A stretch of 64,000 nt of DNA from Hypanus sabinus (lineage: Eukaryota): NCBI RefSeq assembly GCF_030144855.1, contig NC_082717.1:21948001-22012000 (forward strand). The letters run 5' to 3'. The notes below the pieces were generated by a model. The model did not search any database. It was not told the DNA's origin and saw only the letters and a program-made list of their open reading frames with translations. Shown piece after piece: positions 51,981-64,000 of this stretch (positions are counted from its first letter, which is position 1; every line of letters starts with the position of its first letter). A program made the translations under genes and the position numbers.

Positions 51981-52432
51981 AGTAGAGGCATTGTTGAGCT
52001 TTCCTGATTGTGTTGGGTGTGTTCTGGGAACATGAGAGCTTGTGCAAGACGAGCACTTCCAGAAGATTGAAACTATTAGCAGTTTCCGCTGTTGTGCTGC
52101 CAATGTACAGGGGTGTAAGTTCTGAAGTTGATTACTATCTCCATACTCTTGCTAACATTGAGGAAGAGGTAATTTTTGTTTGCTACCTCTTCTCTGTAGG
52201 CCATCTCATTGTGACTGTGTCAGCCTGGAACAATCAATCCTACAAGAAAATACAGTGTGGATAGCTCCAGCACTCAGTTGGGGCTTTGCACGATGATCTG
52301 AAGCAAAAAGAGTTGGGCAAATGGAGAACAAAAACAAAACATTCATGTTAGATTCCAGAAGATGAAAAAAACAAACTACTGGACAAACTGAGAAGTATCT
52401 GTGAAGGCAGCTACATCAGGTGGAAGACCTGT

Positions 52433-52648
52433 TGTGGTGAACTACATATACCTGTCTGGACACGCCCCCCCTGCTGACTGCTCCAGTGGCTCCTCCCACG
52501 GACCCCGGTGTAAAGCTGATCAGGGCCTGAGCCCTGCCTCTCAGTCTCCAGGATGTGGCATGGTGGTCAATTACTGCTTGTTCTTTCTTCCAGTCAATAA
52601 AAGCCAATATCTCGTCTCACATCTCAGAGAGTTATTGATGGTGCATCA
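52433..52648 (+). mobile_element. Solo LTR (family A) in MOCS3 intron 1
   Basis: TGTGGTG...CATCA with perfect 5-bp TSD CCTGT (52428-52432 and 52649-52653); AATAAA inside. Confidence 0.9.
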
Positions 52649-53203
52649 CCTGTATCCACTACTTTTAGCCAGTATAAAGTGGTAACAGGTGCTAGAGGAT
52701 GGTAAGTGGAACCAGATGAGGATGATAACAGGCAAATTGCACCAGGTGATGGAGGGGAAGGAGTTGAGATGGGATCGAGGCAAATTAGAGATAGGTGGAA
52801 ACAAACTGAAGGAAACAAGGGGCAGCTGGAACGAGTGTTGGGGGGGGAGTGGGTGGCGTAGACATATGCTATAGGAGATAAATAAAGACACAAATGGCTG
52901 CAGATGCTGTTATCTGATAAGCAAGGGAGGTGATACTGAGATGAGGAGGGACAATAGGTAAATGGAGCAAGCCAGGACTAGATGGGGCCGCAATGATGCA
53001 GAACTCAATCACACTGCTCTCTGATACACCGAAATGAACACGAAAAGCTCAGGATTTCTCATCTGTGAAGAAAAGACTGTTGTTTACAGAGTAGGGCCTG
53101 TTATCCTCCTGCGAACAACAGAGCAAAGATGGAGTGAGTGTGGATTGGGGTGAACAGTGAATGAACGATGCAAAGGGAGAGTGGGGTCTGCTCCACTTGA
53201 TAC

Positions 53204-53302
53204 CTGATGCAGACATGCGATCGCTGCCCTCAGCCTCTCCACCTCCTGCTCTTTCTTGGCCAATTCATTCCTCAGCCTGGCCGCCTCCGCCTCCACCTCC
53301 AT
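53204..53302 (-). CDS. MOCS3: MOCS3 exon 1 (MEVEAEAARLRNELAKKEQEVERLRAAIACLHQ), coiled-coil-like N-terminus
   Basis: ATG next to the CpG-rich region; 99 nt; CAG|GTATCA donor; phase 0 matches exon 2. Confidence 0.85.
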
Positions 53303-53660
53303 ACTCGACTTCTGCCGCGATCCCTTCCCCCACGATGTCAGCTCAGTTAAATAAACTGAACAAGCAGCGTGTTAGTACCAACAATACATTCAGAGAAGCG
53401 GGGCTCCTGCAGCTTCACTCCACATTCCGCTAACATGGCCGAATTTCGCCGGCAGGACTCCTTTACGAAGATGGCGGAAGGCCGGTCCACTCACGATTCA
53501 CTCTTCCCTTACCAAGGCCCAGGATCCTTTACTAATATGGAACCTTCCGTAGTCCCTTCACAATATGGCCGACATTCCGCACCTTCACAATATGGCTGCT
53601 CCCGGCGTTTTGATCGCTGACCGATGTGGATGGTTTATCGGCACTGAAGACTCCGCATCA
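53303..53660. promoter_or_regulatory. MOCS3 promoter/5' region, CpG-rich, with an array of YY1-like AANATGGC motifs
   Basis: CpG enrichment against an AT-rich background. AACATGGCCG 53432, AAGATGGCGG 53468, AATATGG 53534, AATATGGCCG 53562, AATATGGCTG 53589; GCGGAAG ETS-like core at 53474. Confidence 0.7.
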
Positions 53661-54469
53661 TCTATCGTTTATCACTGTTCAAGTTGCATAATTTCATTTT
53701 GTCCCTTGTGTGCAATGTGCATTAATGTTCTACATCGCAGCGCTGCAAGTGAACTTAAATTGCAAAGTCTGGAAAGACTGCGAGGTGGAAATTTCCTAGT
53801 CGGGATGTTAATCGAAGAATTTGCAAATTCAAATATAATTTCTCGCCTGGTTCTACAAGAGTTAACACGTAATTCTTCAGATGATGCATTTCAGATGAAA
53901 AGTTTTGTTGAGAAATACTGAGATATTTTTGAAAACAATTCTTTAGACCATTATTCCAAAACAGAAGGGAAGGTGAAGGTTGATACTTCATTGTAATTGG
54001 CATACAAAATCACGACAGTGTGGTGCAGGGTATTTTGGCGTGTGATTGTAACCCTTGGAAACAACTGGGTAATTTGGGAAAACCTCTGAGAGTGCTTTCA
54101 ATTGACACATACTACATTGGAGATTTGATAGGCAGAGAGCTGGTATCCATTCTTATACCTGTTAGAGTAGTGGCTTTTGATCTTTATTGTCCCATAGGAG
54201 ATTAGAATAACTTTTCTTTAGAAGTGGTACTGTTTATTAAAACAGAGGCCAAAAAAATGCTGGAAATCAGAAATGAAGGCACAAAATATTGAGAATACTC
54301 AAATGGTCAGGCAGCATCTGTGGAGAAGATTGAAACAGATTTTTAAAAAATACACATCTGATAAAGGCCATTCATCCAAATGTGTTACCTTCATCTCCAC
54401 AGAAGCTGATTGATCTGCTAAGTTAAGGTACAGTATGTATCTAAACATCCAGGATTCAGAAATGCATAA

Positions 54470-57400
54470 CACATAGGAACAGAATGTAGTCATTCCGTCC
54501 ATTGATTCCACTCCACCATTTCATCATAGTTGTTCCTGGATCCCATTCAACCCCATATGCCTGCTCTCTCACCATATCCCTTAATGCCCCAATCAATCAG
54601 GAATCTATCAACTTCTGCTTTATAATATACCCTTGCACTTGAACTCAACCACAGTCTGTGGCAGAGCATTCCACAGATTCACCACTCTTTGGCTGAAAAT
54701 CCAAATGAACAACATCCACTGACTCTCCTTTGTTTCCCCTGCGTATTAGTTCCTAAAAGACTTCCAACAGATATGTCAGGCAAGATTTCCCCTTGAGGAG
54801 ATCACGCTGACTCTGGCCCATTTTGTCATGTGCCTGAAATCTTATCCTTAATATTAGACTACAATGTTTCCCAGGTCAACATTTACCTGTCAACCAAGCC
54901 ATCAAAGGTGATCTAACCACTTGTTATTTGTACACTGAGTGCAATTTGTCCAATTAATCATGTAATAATATTTAACAACTTCAGAAGTAATCTTTTTGGC
55001 TGTGGTTCAGAAATCTCTCAAAGATCTTCAACAGAAGTTCTTTTTCCACATTTCAAGGGGAAACAGCAGCACATCACTTAAAACATACATTTATGCCTCT
55101 CTAGTGGAAAATAAAACAGTAACTCTGAATCAAGGGCTTGATATGTCCTTGACATTTGGAGCATTCAGGGTCAGCACAAGCAGTACTGATTTGTTTCCAG
55201 ACTCGTTACATGCAAAGATGACTTCAAAACTGTACAGTCAATGTATTTATTTTGCATTTATCTTTGTGATGTGAATGAAGCAGAACAAATAACGACCATT
55301 TTTTCCAGTTTTGACAGGTGCTGAATATTAACAGATTAACTGAAATTTTCTGTTTCTTTCTTGAATTCTTTGCCATGACAGAATGTCCCAAAAACTATCA
55401 AATAGTTACAATGCATAAAATTCTGACATCATTGACCATGTTCACAGATTATTTTTCCTATGCACTAGAACCTGATCAATCTGTCCAACAATTACTTAAA
55501 TTTAGAAGTACTCACCTCCCTCCATTATTCTCCCCGATGAGCTTGTCAGGTTTCCTCTCTGTATCCGAGGTGGTGAATTCAATTCAAGTTTAATTGTCAT
55601 TTAACCATTCAGCCCATCGAGTCTGCTCTGCCATTTCACCATGGCTGATCCAATTTTCCTCTTATCCCCAGTCTCTTGCCTTCTCCCTGTATCCCTTCAT
55701 GTCCTCACCAATCAAGAATCTATCAACCTCTGCCTTAAATACACATAAATTCTTGGCTTCCACAGCTGCCTGTGGCAAAGAATTTTCCCTCTGGTCTTAG
55801 ATACACCCACCATCCACTCTATCAAAACCCATCACCATTTGATAGGTTTCAATGAGGTCACCCATCATTCATCTCATTTGTAGTAAATGCAGGCCCAAAG
55901 CCATCAGAGACTCTTCATATGACAAGCTAATCAATCCTGAAATTTAAGATAAGGGGCGCAAACCTGCTCACAATACTCTGAGTGAGACCTCACCAATGCT
56001 TTATAAAGTTTCAATATTACATCCTTGCTTTTATATTCTAGCCCTCTTGAAATGAATGCTAACATTATATATGCATTTCTCACCACAGGCTCAACCTGCA
56101 AGTGAACTTTTACGGAATCCTTTGATATGGTTGTATTAAAGTACGTGACCATACAATTCCCAATACTGTATTCCATCTGCCATTTCTTTGCCCATTCTCC
56201 TAATCTGTCTGTCCTACTATTTCCTCTATCAAAACCTATCTAAGCCCCTTTGTTTCCTCAAACCTATATCCTCCACCTCCCTCCTCTGCTCCTCCACCTA
56301 TCTTCATATCGTCAGCAAACTTTGCAACAAAGCCATCAATTCTATCATCCAAATCATTGACCTATGACATAAAAAGAATCAGTCCCAGCACAAACCCCTC
56401 TGGAACAACTCTAGTCATTGGCAGCCTGTCAGAAAAGGCTCCCTTCATTCCCACTCTTTGTCACCTGCCAATCAGCCACAGCTTTATCCATGCTAGAATC
56501 TTGTTAACCAGCCTCATGCGTGGCACCTTGCCAAAGGCCTTCTGAAAACTCAATTATACAAAATCTGCCAATTCTCCTTTGTCTATCCTGCTTGTTATTT
56601 CTTCAAAGGATTCCAACAGATTTGTCAGGCAATATTTTTCCATGAAGGAATCCATGCTGACTATGGCCTACTTTATCATATGACTCCAAGTACCCTGAGA
56701 CCCCTTCCTTAATAATAGATGCCAACATCTTCCCAACCACTGAGGTCACACTAATTGGCCAAGAGTTTCCTTCCTTCTGCCTCTCTCCCTTCTTAAAGAG
56801 TGTAGTGACATTTGCAATTTTTCAGTCTTCAGGAATCATCCCATAATCTAGTGATTTTTGAAAGATCATTATAGAACATAGAACAATACAGCACAGTACA
56901 GGCCCTTCAGTACACAATGTTGTGCCGACCCTTAAACCCTGCTTCCCATATAACCCCACCTTAAATTCTTCCATATTCTGGTCAAGTGGTCTCTTAAATT
57001 TCATTAGTGTATCTGCCTCCACTACTGACTCAGTCAGTGCATTCCATGCACCAACCACTCTCTGAGTAATAAACCTTCCTCTAATATCCCCCTTGAACTT
57101 TCCACCTCTTACTTTAAAGCCATGTCCTCTTGTATTGAGCAGTGGTGCCCTGGGGAAGAGGTGCTGGCTGTCCACTCTATCTATTCCTCATAATCTCTTG
57201 TATACCTCTACCATGTCTCCTCTCATCCTCCTTCTCTCCAGAGAGTAAAGCCCTAGCTCCCTTAATCTCTAATCATAATTCATACTCTCTAAACCAGGCA
57301 GCATCCTGGTAAATCTCCTCTGTACCCTTTCCAATGCTTCCACATCCTTCCTATAGTGAGGCAACCAGAACTGGCAAAAAAAGATGGCTAAAGTGAACTT

Positions 57401-59110
57401 AGATCCCTTGGAAAAGAAGAAATGGGAATTAATATTGGGTAATGTGAGGCTTTTGAATAAGACTTCACGTTTAATGTGCCAAAGAGAGATGTTATGGATG
57501 CTATGGGAGGTGAAGATCTCAATACAATCATTATCAGTAAAGAGGCAGTGTTGAGCAACTAGTGGGCCTGAAGGTAGACAAGTCCCCTCATCCTGATGGA
57601 ATGCATTCCAGGGTACTGAAAGATATGGCGGAGGTTATAGAATAGGTGCTGTGATAATTTAACAAAATTCACTGGACACTGGGCAGGTCCTGTTGAACTG
57701 GAGGATAGTAAATGTCAAGCCACATTTTTAAAAATGATGTAGGCAAAAGGCAAGTAAATATAGGCTGGTTACCTTAACGTCTGTAATTGGGGAAATGCTT
57801 GAAGCTATCATTAAGGAAGAAATAGCAAAACATTTGGATAGAAGTGGTTCCATCAGCATAGATCCAGGAAGCACAATGGATGAAGAGGAACAGGTGGATG
57901 TTGTACACTTGGATTTCCAGAAGGGGTTCAATAAGATGCCAAATAAAAGATTAATCCATAAGGATGCATGGAGTTGGGAAGAATGTATTAGCAGAGAATT
58001 GGTAAACCCATAAAAGGCAGAGATTTAAGATAAATGGGTGTTTCTCTGCTTGGCAATCAGTAGTGTAGAAAGTGCCACCGGGATCAGTGCGGGCCTGCAT
58101 CTGTTTACAATATACATTAATGATTTGGAAGAGTGTACTGGATATAGTGTATATACATTTGCCAATGACACTAAATAGAGTGGGAAAACAAATTGTGGAG
58201 AGAATATGCTAAGATATAGAAATGTTAAATGAGCGAGCATGGATCTGGCAGATGGGATACAGTTTTGGTAAATATGAGGTCATTAACTTTGGAAAGAAAA
58301 ATAGAAGATCAGATTATATTATTGGTGAAAGATTGCAGCATACTGTTGTGCAGAGGACTTGTGAGTACTTGTGCATGAATTGCAAGAATTTTGTTTGCAG
58401 GTTGTTTATTTTTTTAAGGAGACATTTGGAATGTTGGTTCATTGCTAAAGGGATTTAATTTAAGAGCAATTGTACTGGGCACTGGTTATGCTGCATCTGG
58501 AGTACCATGTGCAGTTTTGTTCTCTTTACTTCAAAAAGGGCATATTGGCTTGAGAGGTACTGCAGAGGAGGTTTATTGAGTTGGTTCCGAAAATAAAAGG
58601 TATTAACCTATGCAACACACACAAAATGCTGGTGGAACGCAGCAGGCCAGGCAGCATCTATAGGAAGAAGCACTGTTGACGTTTTGGGCTGAGACCTGTA
58701 AGGACGGATTGAGTTGCCTGGGGCTATACTTTCTGGAGTTTAAAAGACTGAGGTGGATCTTATAGAAACATGCCGTATATAAAATTACGAAGGGGATAGG
58801 ATAAAGTTAGGAGGCTAGAACTTGGGGACATAGCCTCAGGATTCTGGGGTGGGGTGCAGGAGTGCCAGATTTAGGATGAAGATAAAGAATGACTGTTCCT
58901 CCCAGAGAGTAGTACATCTGGGATTCTCTGCCCAGTGAATCAGCAGAGGCTGCTAAATATACATATTTAAGACACAGTTACATAGATGTTTGAATAGTGA
59001 TGGAATTAAGGGTTTTAGGAGAAAGGCAGGTAGTTGGAACTGAGTCCATAATCAGATCAGACTCAACAGGCCAGACCACCGACTCTGTTCCGATGGCTTA
59101 TGTTCTTTTG
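54470..59110. mobile_element. Cluster of CR1 fragments upstream of MOCS3 (minus: about 54470-54870 and 55600-57375; plus: about 57380-59110, with a Penelope-repeat insert at about 58612-58697)
   Basis: ORF fragments LYKALVRSHSEYC, TRGHGFKVRGGKFK...RVVGAWNAL and VDVVHLDFQK. Confidence 0.8.
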
Positions 59111-62100
59111 TCCAATGGATTCCTGGACAGGCCAGAACTGTGGTTCCCCTTCTGTCATTTCAGAACTGGCTGGTTAAAACTGATAAAGCCCCCTGAGTAT
59201 GAAAGATTTGCTCATTGATGACATGTTCAAAATGCACATCTGGTTTCAATCATACATCTGTAAAACGACTCTATTGTAAACAGTTGGAACAGAATATTGT
59301 AATCATCAGGGAGGTCCAGAGCGGGGCAGCATTTATTAAAGGGGCAGTAACTCTTCCAAAAGGACAGGTTTCACTATTTCTTCAGGACTGAGTAAAAATA
59401 GTCTCCTTTTGGGGAATACCGGTGCAGTAGTCATGTTATTGGGATAGTAATCCAAAGGGTTGCAATAATGATATACAAAATGCATGTTCCAAGTTTGCCC
59501 TGAACTTGAAGTTGATCTTTCAAACATTCAGGAAAGAATAGGCAGTATCCTGAATGTGACCATGAAGCGATCAGATTGTTGGAAGTCCACAAATGGTCCA
59601 TAGATGCCCTTTCAGGATGTCTCCTGTTTGTAACTCCAGATCCACCCAATGCTGTAGGCACTGAAACATTGTCTGGAGGACATTTAAATGAGAACACTGC
59701 AGTTCAAGACCCATCTTCCTCTCTTGCCTGCTGGGGATTAGTAAGAAATGACAACCTCGACTAGAGTGAGTACAAAGAATACTTTTGTTCATGAAAAGAT
59801 TGCACATAATTCAGTTGATGATGCATTTTGTATTACGTTATGTTCTTGCAAACAAATACAAAGTAGATCGACAAAATAGTCTTCCACAAAAATTACTTTT
59901 TAAAAGTCAGATTAGATCACCAGCTCTGGGAGGAACACATTGTCATGCTAATGGGAGAGTTTTGAAAGTAGAAGTCTGCTTTGTTTTCAGAATATGTGAA
60001 ACATCTTAGGATAGGACAACATAGTTGAAAAACCACAAAACTAAAATTTGTACCAAATGTGTGGCTTTGTACTTTTACTATTTGTTGAAAATAATTAGAT
60101 TCCTTTCAACCACAGTTTAAACTTTCCAATTAGATGATCTTAACTTTGATCCAAACATTTTAAATAAGACCTGACAGAAGATGAAAATGTTCGCCCACTG
60201 TTCACCAGAACATTACTCTGCACAGAAAATTATTATAGTGGAAATGTGCATACTGGAATATAAAAACATAAATTGTAGCCCTGAAATTCTATCAAGATGC
60301 AGATGCTTGGAATTTTCTCTTCTGGGATCTTTCAGCTCAGTCATAACTTGATGCCATCAAATATATAATTTTTTCTGTTTCCTTGCCTTATGTTAACTGG
60401 CTTGGTGAATTTCTGCTGCAGCAAAGATGCTAAATAAATGTTGTGGTTAAATGAGGAATGCTTGTCTTGGACAGCACACTGTTTAAAGAGTCCAGTTCCC
60501 TGACAATTTTCTGGACCTTCAAAGAATGAGAATAGCCTTGATTCACAAATGGTCATTTCCCCCTGTATTAGCACTTCCTTCTCAGTAACCTCTGATACTT
60601 CAGTTTGAGTGTACATTGGGAAGCACTATGAAACGCAGTTCCAGCACTGCAACAGGAAAGATAGCTCAAATGCACTGGAGGCTGTGTGTTGGGCATCCAG
60701 ACAGCCAAGTAAGAGAATCAACATCTGTCAGGCATGTGTGAAACCCAAACACGATTATGTGATCTATTGCCAGTGCTAGAAAGGAAATATTAGCCTCAAC
60801 TGTGGCCCCTTCAAGGAGTACCAGTGGTGAAGAAGTGATGATAGAATCAGCTCAGCAATGAGTTCTTCTGTGACCTACTGGCATTTATATTGTCACCATC
60901 ACCATTCACCATGGGGACGGTACCCAATGAGGTTATCAGCAGTTTGATGAGGGGTTATTAGAAAAATATCAGAGAACATTAGCCTTTAGAATGGCACAAA
61001 AATCACTTAGCACAATATGTGCGATAAACATGTTGTGCCACCTTGGCTTGTTGCTGAATGTTCTTAAAATAGCTTCATTTGTTTCAATTCTGAAATAGCA
61101 GCAGCCATTCATAATCTTTCAGTGATCCGCAGAACATTTTCCATTAAAATAATTTAATGCTATGTGTGTTTAACAAACCATATGGAATTCGCTGACGTTA
61201 ACTGTTTTTCCAGGGGAAACTGAAGCAGCTTTAAAATGTCTAAGAGCTCTCTATGTTCAGTTAGGATTGCATTTTTTTAAAAAAAGCCTGAACAGGAGCA
61301 TAGCCAATAAACACAATAGATCTTGGTAAAGATAATCTCATTCTTCATTTGCCAATCAAATGGAGTCTGGAAATGACGTAAGTGCAAATTCAAAGCTTTT
61401 TAAGTGCCCTGAAGGTTCTGATTTGACTCACAAAATTGCTCACTACTCTGTGATGACAGAAAGGGAGAGAGAGAGAGAGCAAGAGGATAAGAAATTGTGT
61501 GTTTGCTTATTTCCACAGTGAGAGATGGCTTGCAACAATATCTTGAATTTTCTTCTATGTGCAATTTTAGTTTATTTGCCAGCAATTTTCTGCCAAGTGG
61601 AAACACAAGGAGAATACAAAGCACCATGGACAGAAGAAAAGGTAGGTTTTACAGATTGAGGTTCCACTGTGAAGCAAATATTGTGCACAAAGGTTATGCT
61701 TTATATTTTAAAATGGAGAAAAAGGCAGGAGTTTTCAGCTGAGCTTCTCTTTCTCAGAGTGTTCTTATTAATAGGATACAAGGTACAGCATCACTAGAAA
61801 AAGAAATCACCTCCTGTATTTTGGTAGTAAGCATGTTTTCCATACAGCCAATTTGCAATTCAGTTTTTTCTATCACCTAACTTCAATAGAATGCATAAAA
61901 AATTTTGAAACTCCTATTTTAAGCTGGTTGTGGGGGGGGGGGGTGGTAGTTCACAACCAGGGATGACATGAAGCTCTGGTAATTTTAAGTCCTGGGTTTC
62001 ATTGCAAACTCAACAGAATGGATTCTCAGTGGAATCTGTCTCCTGACTAGTAGACACAAGAGCGACAGAAATCCATCAATGCCAAACATCAAAGGATGCC

Positions 62101-62779
62101 AATATGGCAACTGGTGAAGGGCATCCAGAGACATGGTGGTGAGGTATAGAATCCAGGAACCAGCTTCCTTGTGTCATCTGGATCTGTGTCACTACTTCAC
62201 CTCATGATTAACCTCATCCCCCTTTGTCCAGGCTTCATGAGCAGATCCAGTAGTAAGCCTGACATAATGTCTCTAATCCATGATGAGTACTAATCAACTC
62301 AACTTTCAAATGCTGTTGACATTTTTCAGTGAATAGCTGCCAAATTCCTGGGCTATTAAACTAACTTGGGATGGTTACAGTAATCAAAATCAGGTTTATT
62401 ATTACTGACTAAAATGTCATGAAATTTGTGGTTTAGTGCCAGCCGTACGGTTCAAAGACATTAAATCCTCTAAATTAAAAAAAAGAATAATGCAAGAGAA
62501 AAAGGCAATGTTAAGAAATCTGATGGGTGAGGGAAAGAAGCTCCTAAATCATTGAATGAGGGTCTTCAGGCTCCTTTACCTCCTCCATGATGGTAGAAAT
62601 GAGAAGAGGTCATGTCCTGGATTGTAAGGGTTGCAATTTCTTGAAGCACTACCTCTTGAAGGTGTCCTCAATGGTAGGAAGGGTTGTACCCATGCTGGAG
62701 ATGTCTCTCTCTACAAACACTTGCGATCCTTGCAGGCTCCGTACCAAGTTGTGATCCATAGAAATCGTTAGGGTGTGTT

Positions 62780-63125
62780 GATCTCCCTCTCGCTTTTGTA
62801 GGAGTGATATCTCTCTTTCCCTCGTTAGTGAGAGAGAGGGCCTGTTGAGATATTGAAGTGTTGGGCTCTAGATCGTGGTCTCTGGGGGCTTTGCTGTTGC
62901 TTACATGGTGGGTGGGGGGAGGGGCTGATGCATTTTAGTGGGGTTAGGGGGAGGGTTAATGCTTTTGTTGCTGGTTCTGAGTGGGGAGGGGGCCTTTTGA
63001 GTTCTAACACTTTTTCTGTCATTACTTTTTTTGTCTTTTCTGTTTTGTGGATGTCTGCGGAGAATAAGAATTTCAGGTTATACAGTATAATGTATACTTC
63101 TCTGACGTAAAATGGAACCATTGAG
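62780..63125 (+). mobile_element. Non-autonomous retroelement with LINE-like 3' tail; related copy at about 38730-39120 (-)
   Basis: Shared TTCTAACA...GTGGATG...AAGAA...TTTCAGG...TGTATAC.TCTCTGAC 3' region in opposite orientations. Confidence 0.6.
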
Positions 63126-64000
63126 TCGTTAATGTCTTCCAAATCTCCTCAAGCTCCTGATGTACTGACATAATAACTCAGACTCCTAAGACAGTTTTCA
63201 TTTGGTGCCTAAAGCATCACATGAAGATGGTTTCATAAATTCAAAGCAATTTCAAAGCATAAATTCAAACCATTTCACCTAATCCAAATATTAAAACTCT
63301 TCCATACACATCCAAGTAAATTTGGTAAGGTTGCTCCTTCTATCATTCCTTAAGGCAGTGGGTTCCAGGTTCTAGCTGAGAAATGTTTTCCTCAACTGCT
63401 TTAAACCCTACTATAATTATTTCAAATCTATCCCATTCATTTTGGGGCCATCCTTCTGATTCAGTCTCTTTAGGTCTATCATAATTTTACACAAGTACAT
63501 TCTGGCCTACCTTCAAATATTGCAATTCTAAAGAAATGCACTACTCTATCGGATATTGTGAAATTCACAACAAAGAGTGAAAATCATGTCACAAATTTGC
63601 ACTCTTATGAATTCCAGCAGCTGTGTGCTGAGGATGTCATCTTGAGTGGTGATGAAATGTTTGAACTCTAATTGCTCCGCGAACGCTGCAACGTCAAATG
63701 GTGTGATATCCTTCAAAGGGACTGTAATTTTGTCCTTTGATGACACAAGTGACTCTCTCCTTACCCCTTTATGTCCTTCATGGGGATTAGTCTCTCCGTG
63801 TCTTCCTGGTTTGACCATCCCTCACTGCCGATCCCTGCCTCACCCTGGTGCTAACCCCCACTGCTCTCAGATCTGATGCAGGTCTTGAACAGAAACATTC
63901 CAATTCCTTTGCCCCATGGCTGCTGTTCAACTTGTTGAATTTCTCCAGCAGTTTGTAATTTTGTCCTTTGATATGAATCCATGATACGAGGTTCTCCTTA

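Larger units (their letters stand above)
11949..53302 (-). other. MOCS3: MOCS3/UBA4 gene span (13 coding exons, 463 aa; N-terminal MoeB/E1-like adenylation domain plus C-terminal rhodanese domain)
   Basis: Hand-spliced exons sum to 1392 nt with consistent phases. Motifs: RYSRQL, GCGGLG nucleotide-binding loop, SNLQRQ, DCSDN, CYRC and CAVC Zn pairs, TNCSDGG, DVRP, CKQGNDS rhodanese loop, C-terminal FPQY*. Confidence 0.97.

Noticed and set aside
1999-52648. One giant LTR element capturing MOCS3 between two similar LTRs
   Set aside because: Each LTR has its own distinct TSD, so they are independent solo LTRs.
53196-53203. Introns 1, 2 and 4 (GTATCA, GTATTG, GTATGT) as further U12 introns
   Set aside because: They lack the +5 to +8 CCTT/CTTT signature; treated as U2-type.
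53565-53921. 118-aa plus-strand ORF as a divergent gene (for example DPM1)
   Set aside because: No resemblance to DPM1 or any family I recognise, and no convincing splice donor.
63546-63818. 90-aa minus-strand ORF as an exon of a neighbouring gene
   Set aside because: No recognisable homology, it overlaps a repeat insertion, and it lacks clear splice sites.
1-64000. Prokaryotic systems (CRISPR arrays, operons, defence islands)
   Set aside because: The sequence is intron-containing vertebrate DNA, and I saw no regularly spaced repeat-spacer array.

Overview
Eukaryotic genomic DNA, most likely from a cartilaginous fish (elasmobranch). This is inferred from the repeat content: V-SINE/HE1-like SINEs, many CR1 LINEs, Rex1/Babar-like LINEs and Penelope relics. 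The one protein-coding gene I can support is a complete 13-exon MOCS3/UBA4 (adenylyltransferase/sulfurtransferase) on the minus strand. It runs from ATG 53302 to TGA 11949; I assembled it by hand as 1392 nt / 463 aa, with every splice phase consistent. Human MOCS3 is intronless, whereas this copy has 12 introns. Three of them (5, 8, 11) carry minor-spliceosome (U12) signals, and intron 5 is a 79-nt intron with non-canonical AT-AT ends. A second CpG-rich promoter (ZNF143/Staf motifs, RFX X-box, CCAAT boxes) lies at about 230-780 and belongs to an unidentified gene. Most other ORFs in the track are LINE or transposon fragments, or noise. The introns and flanks also hold solo LTRs with target-site duplications, Tc1 and PIF/Harbinger non-autonomous elements, fold-back Penelope-derived elements with decayed hammerhead motifs, and a candidate decayed HDV-like ribozyme. 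Exon and intron coordinates were read base by base; LINE/SINE boundaries are approximate.
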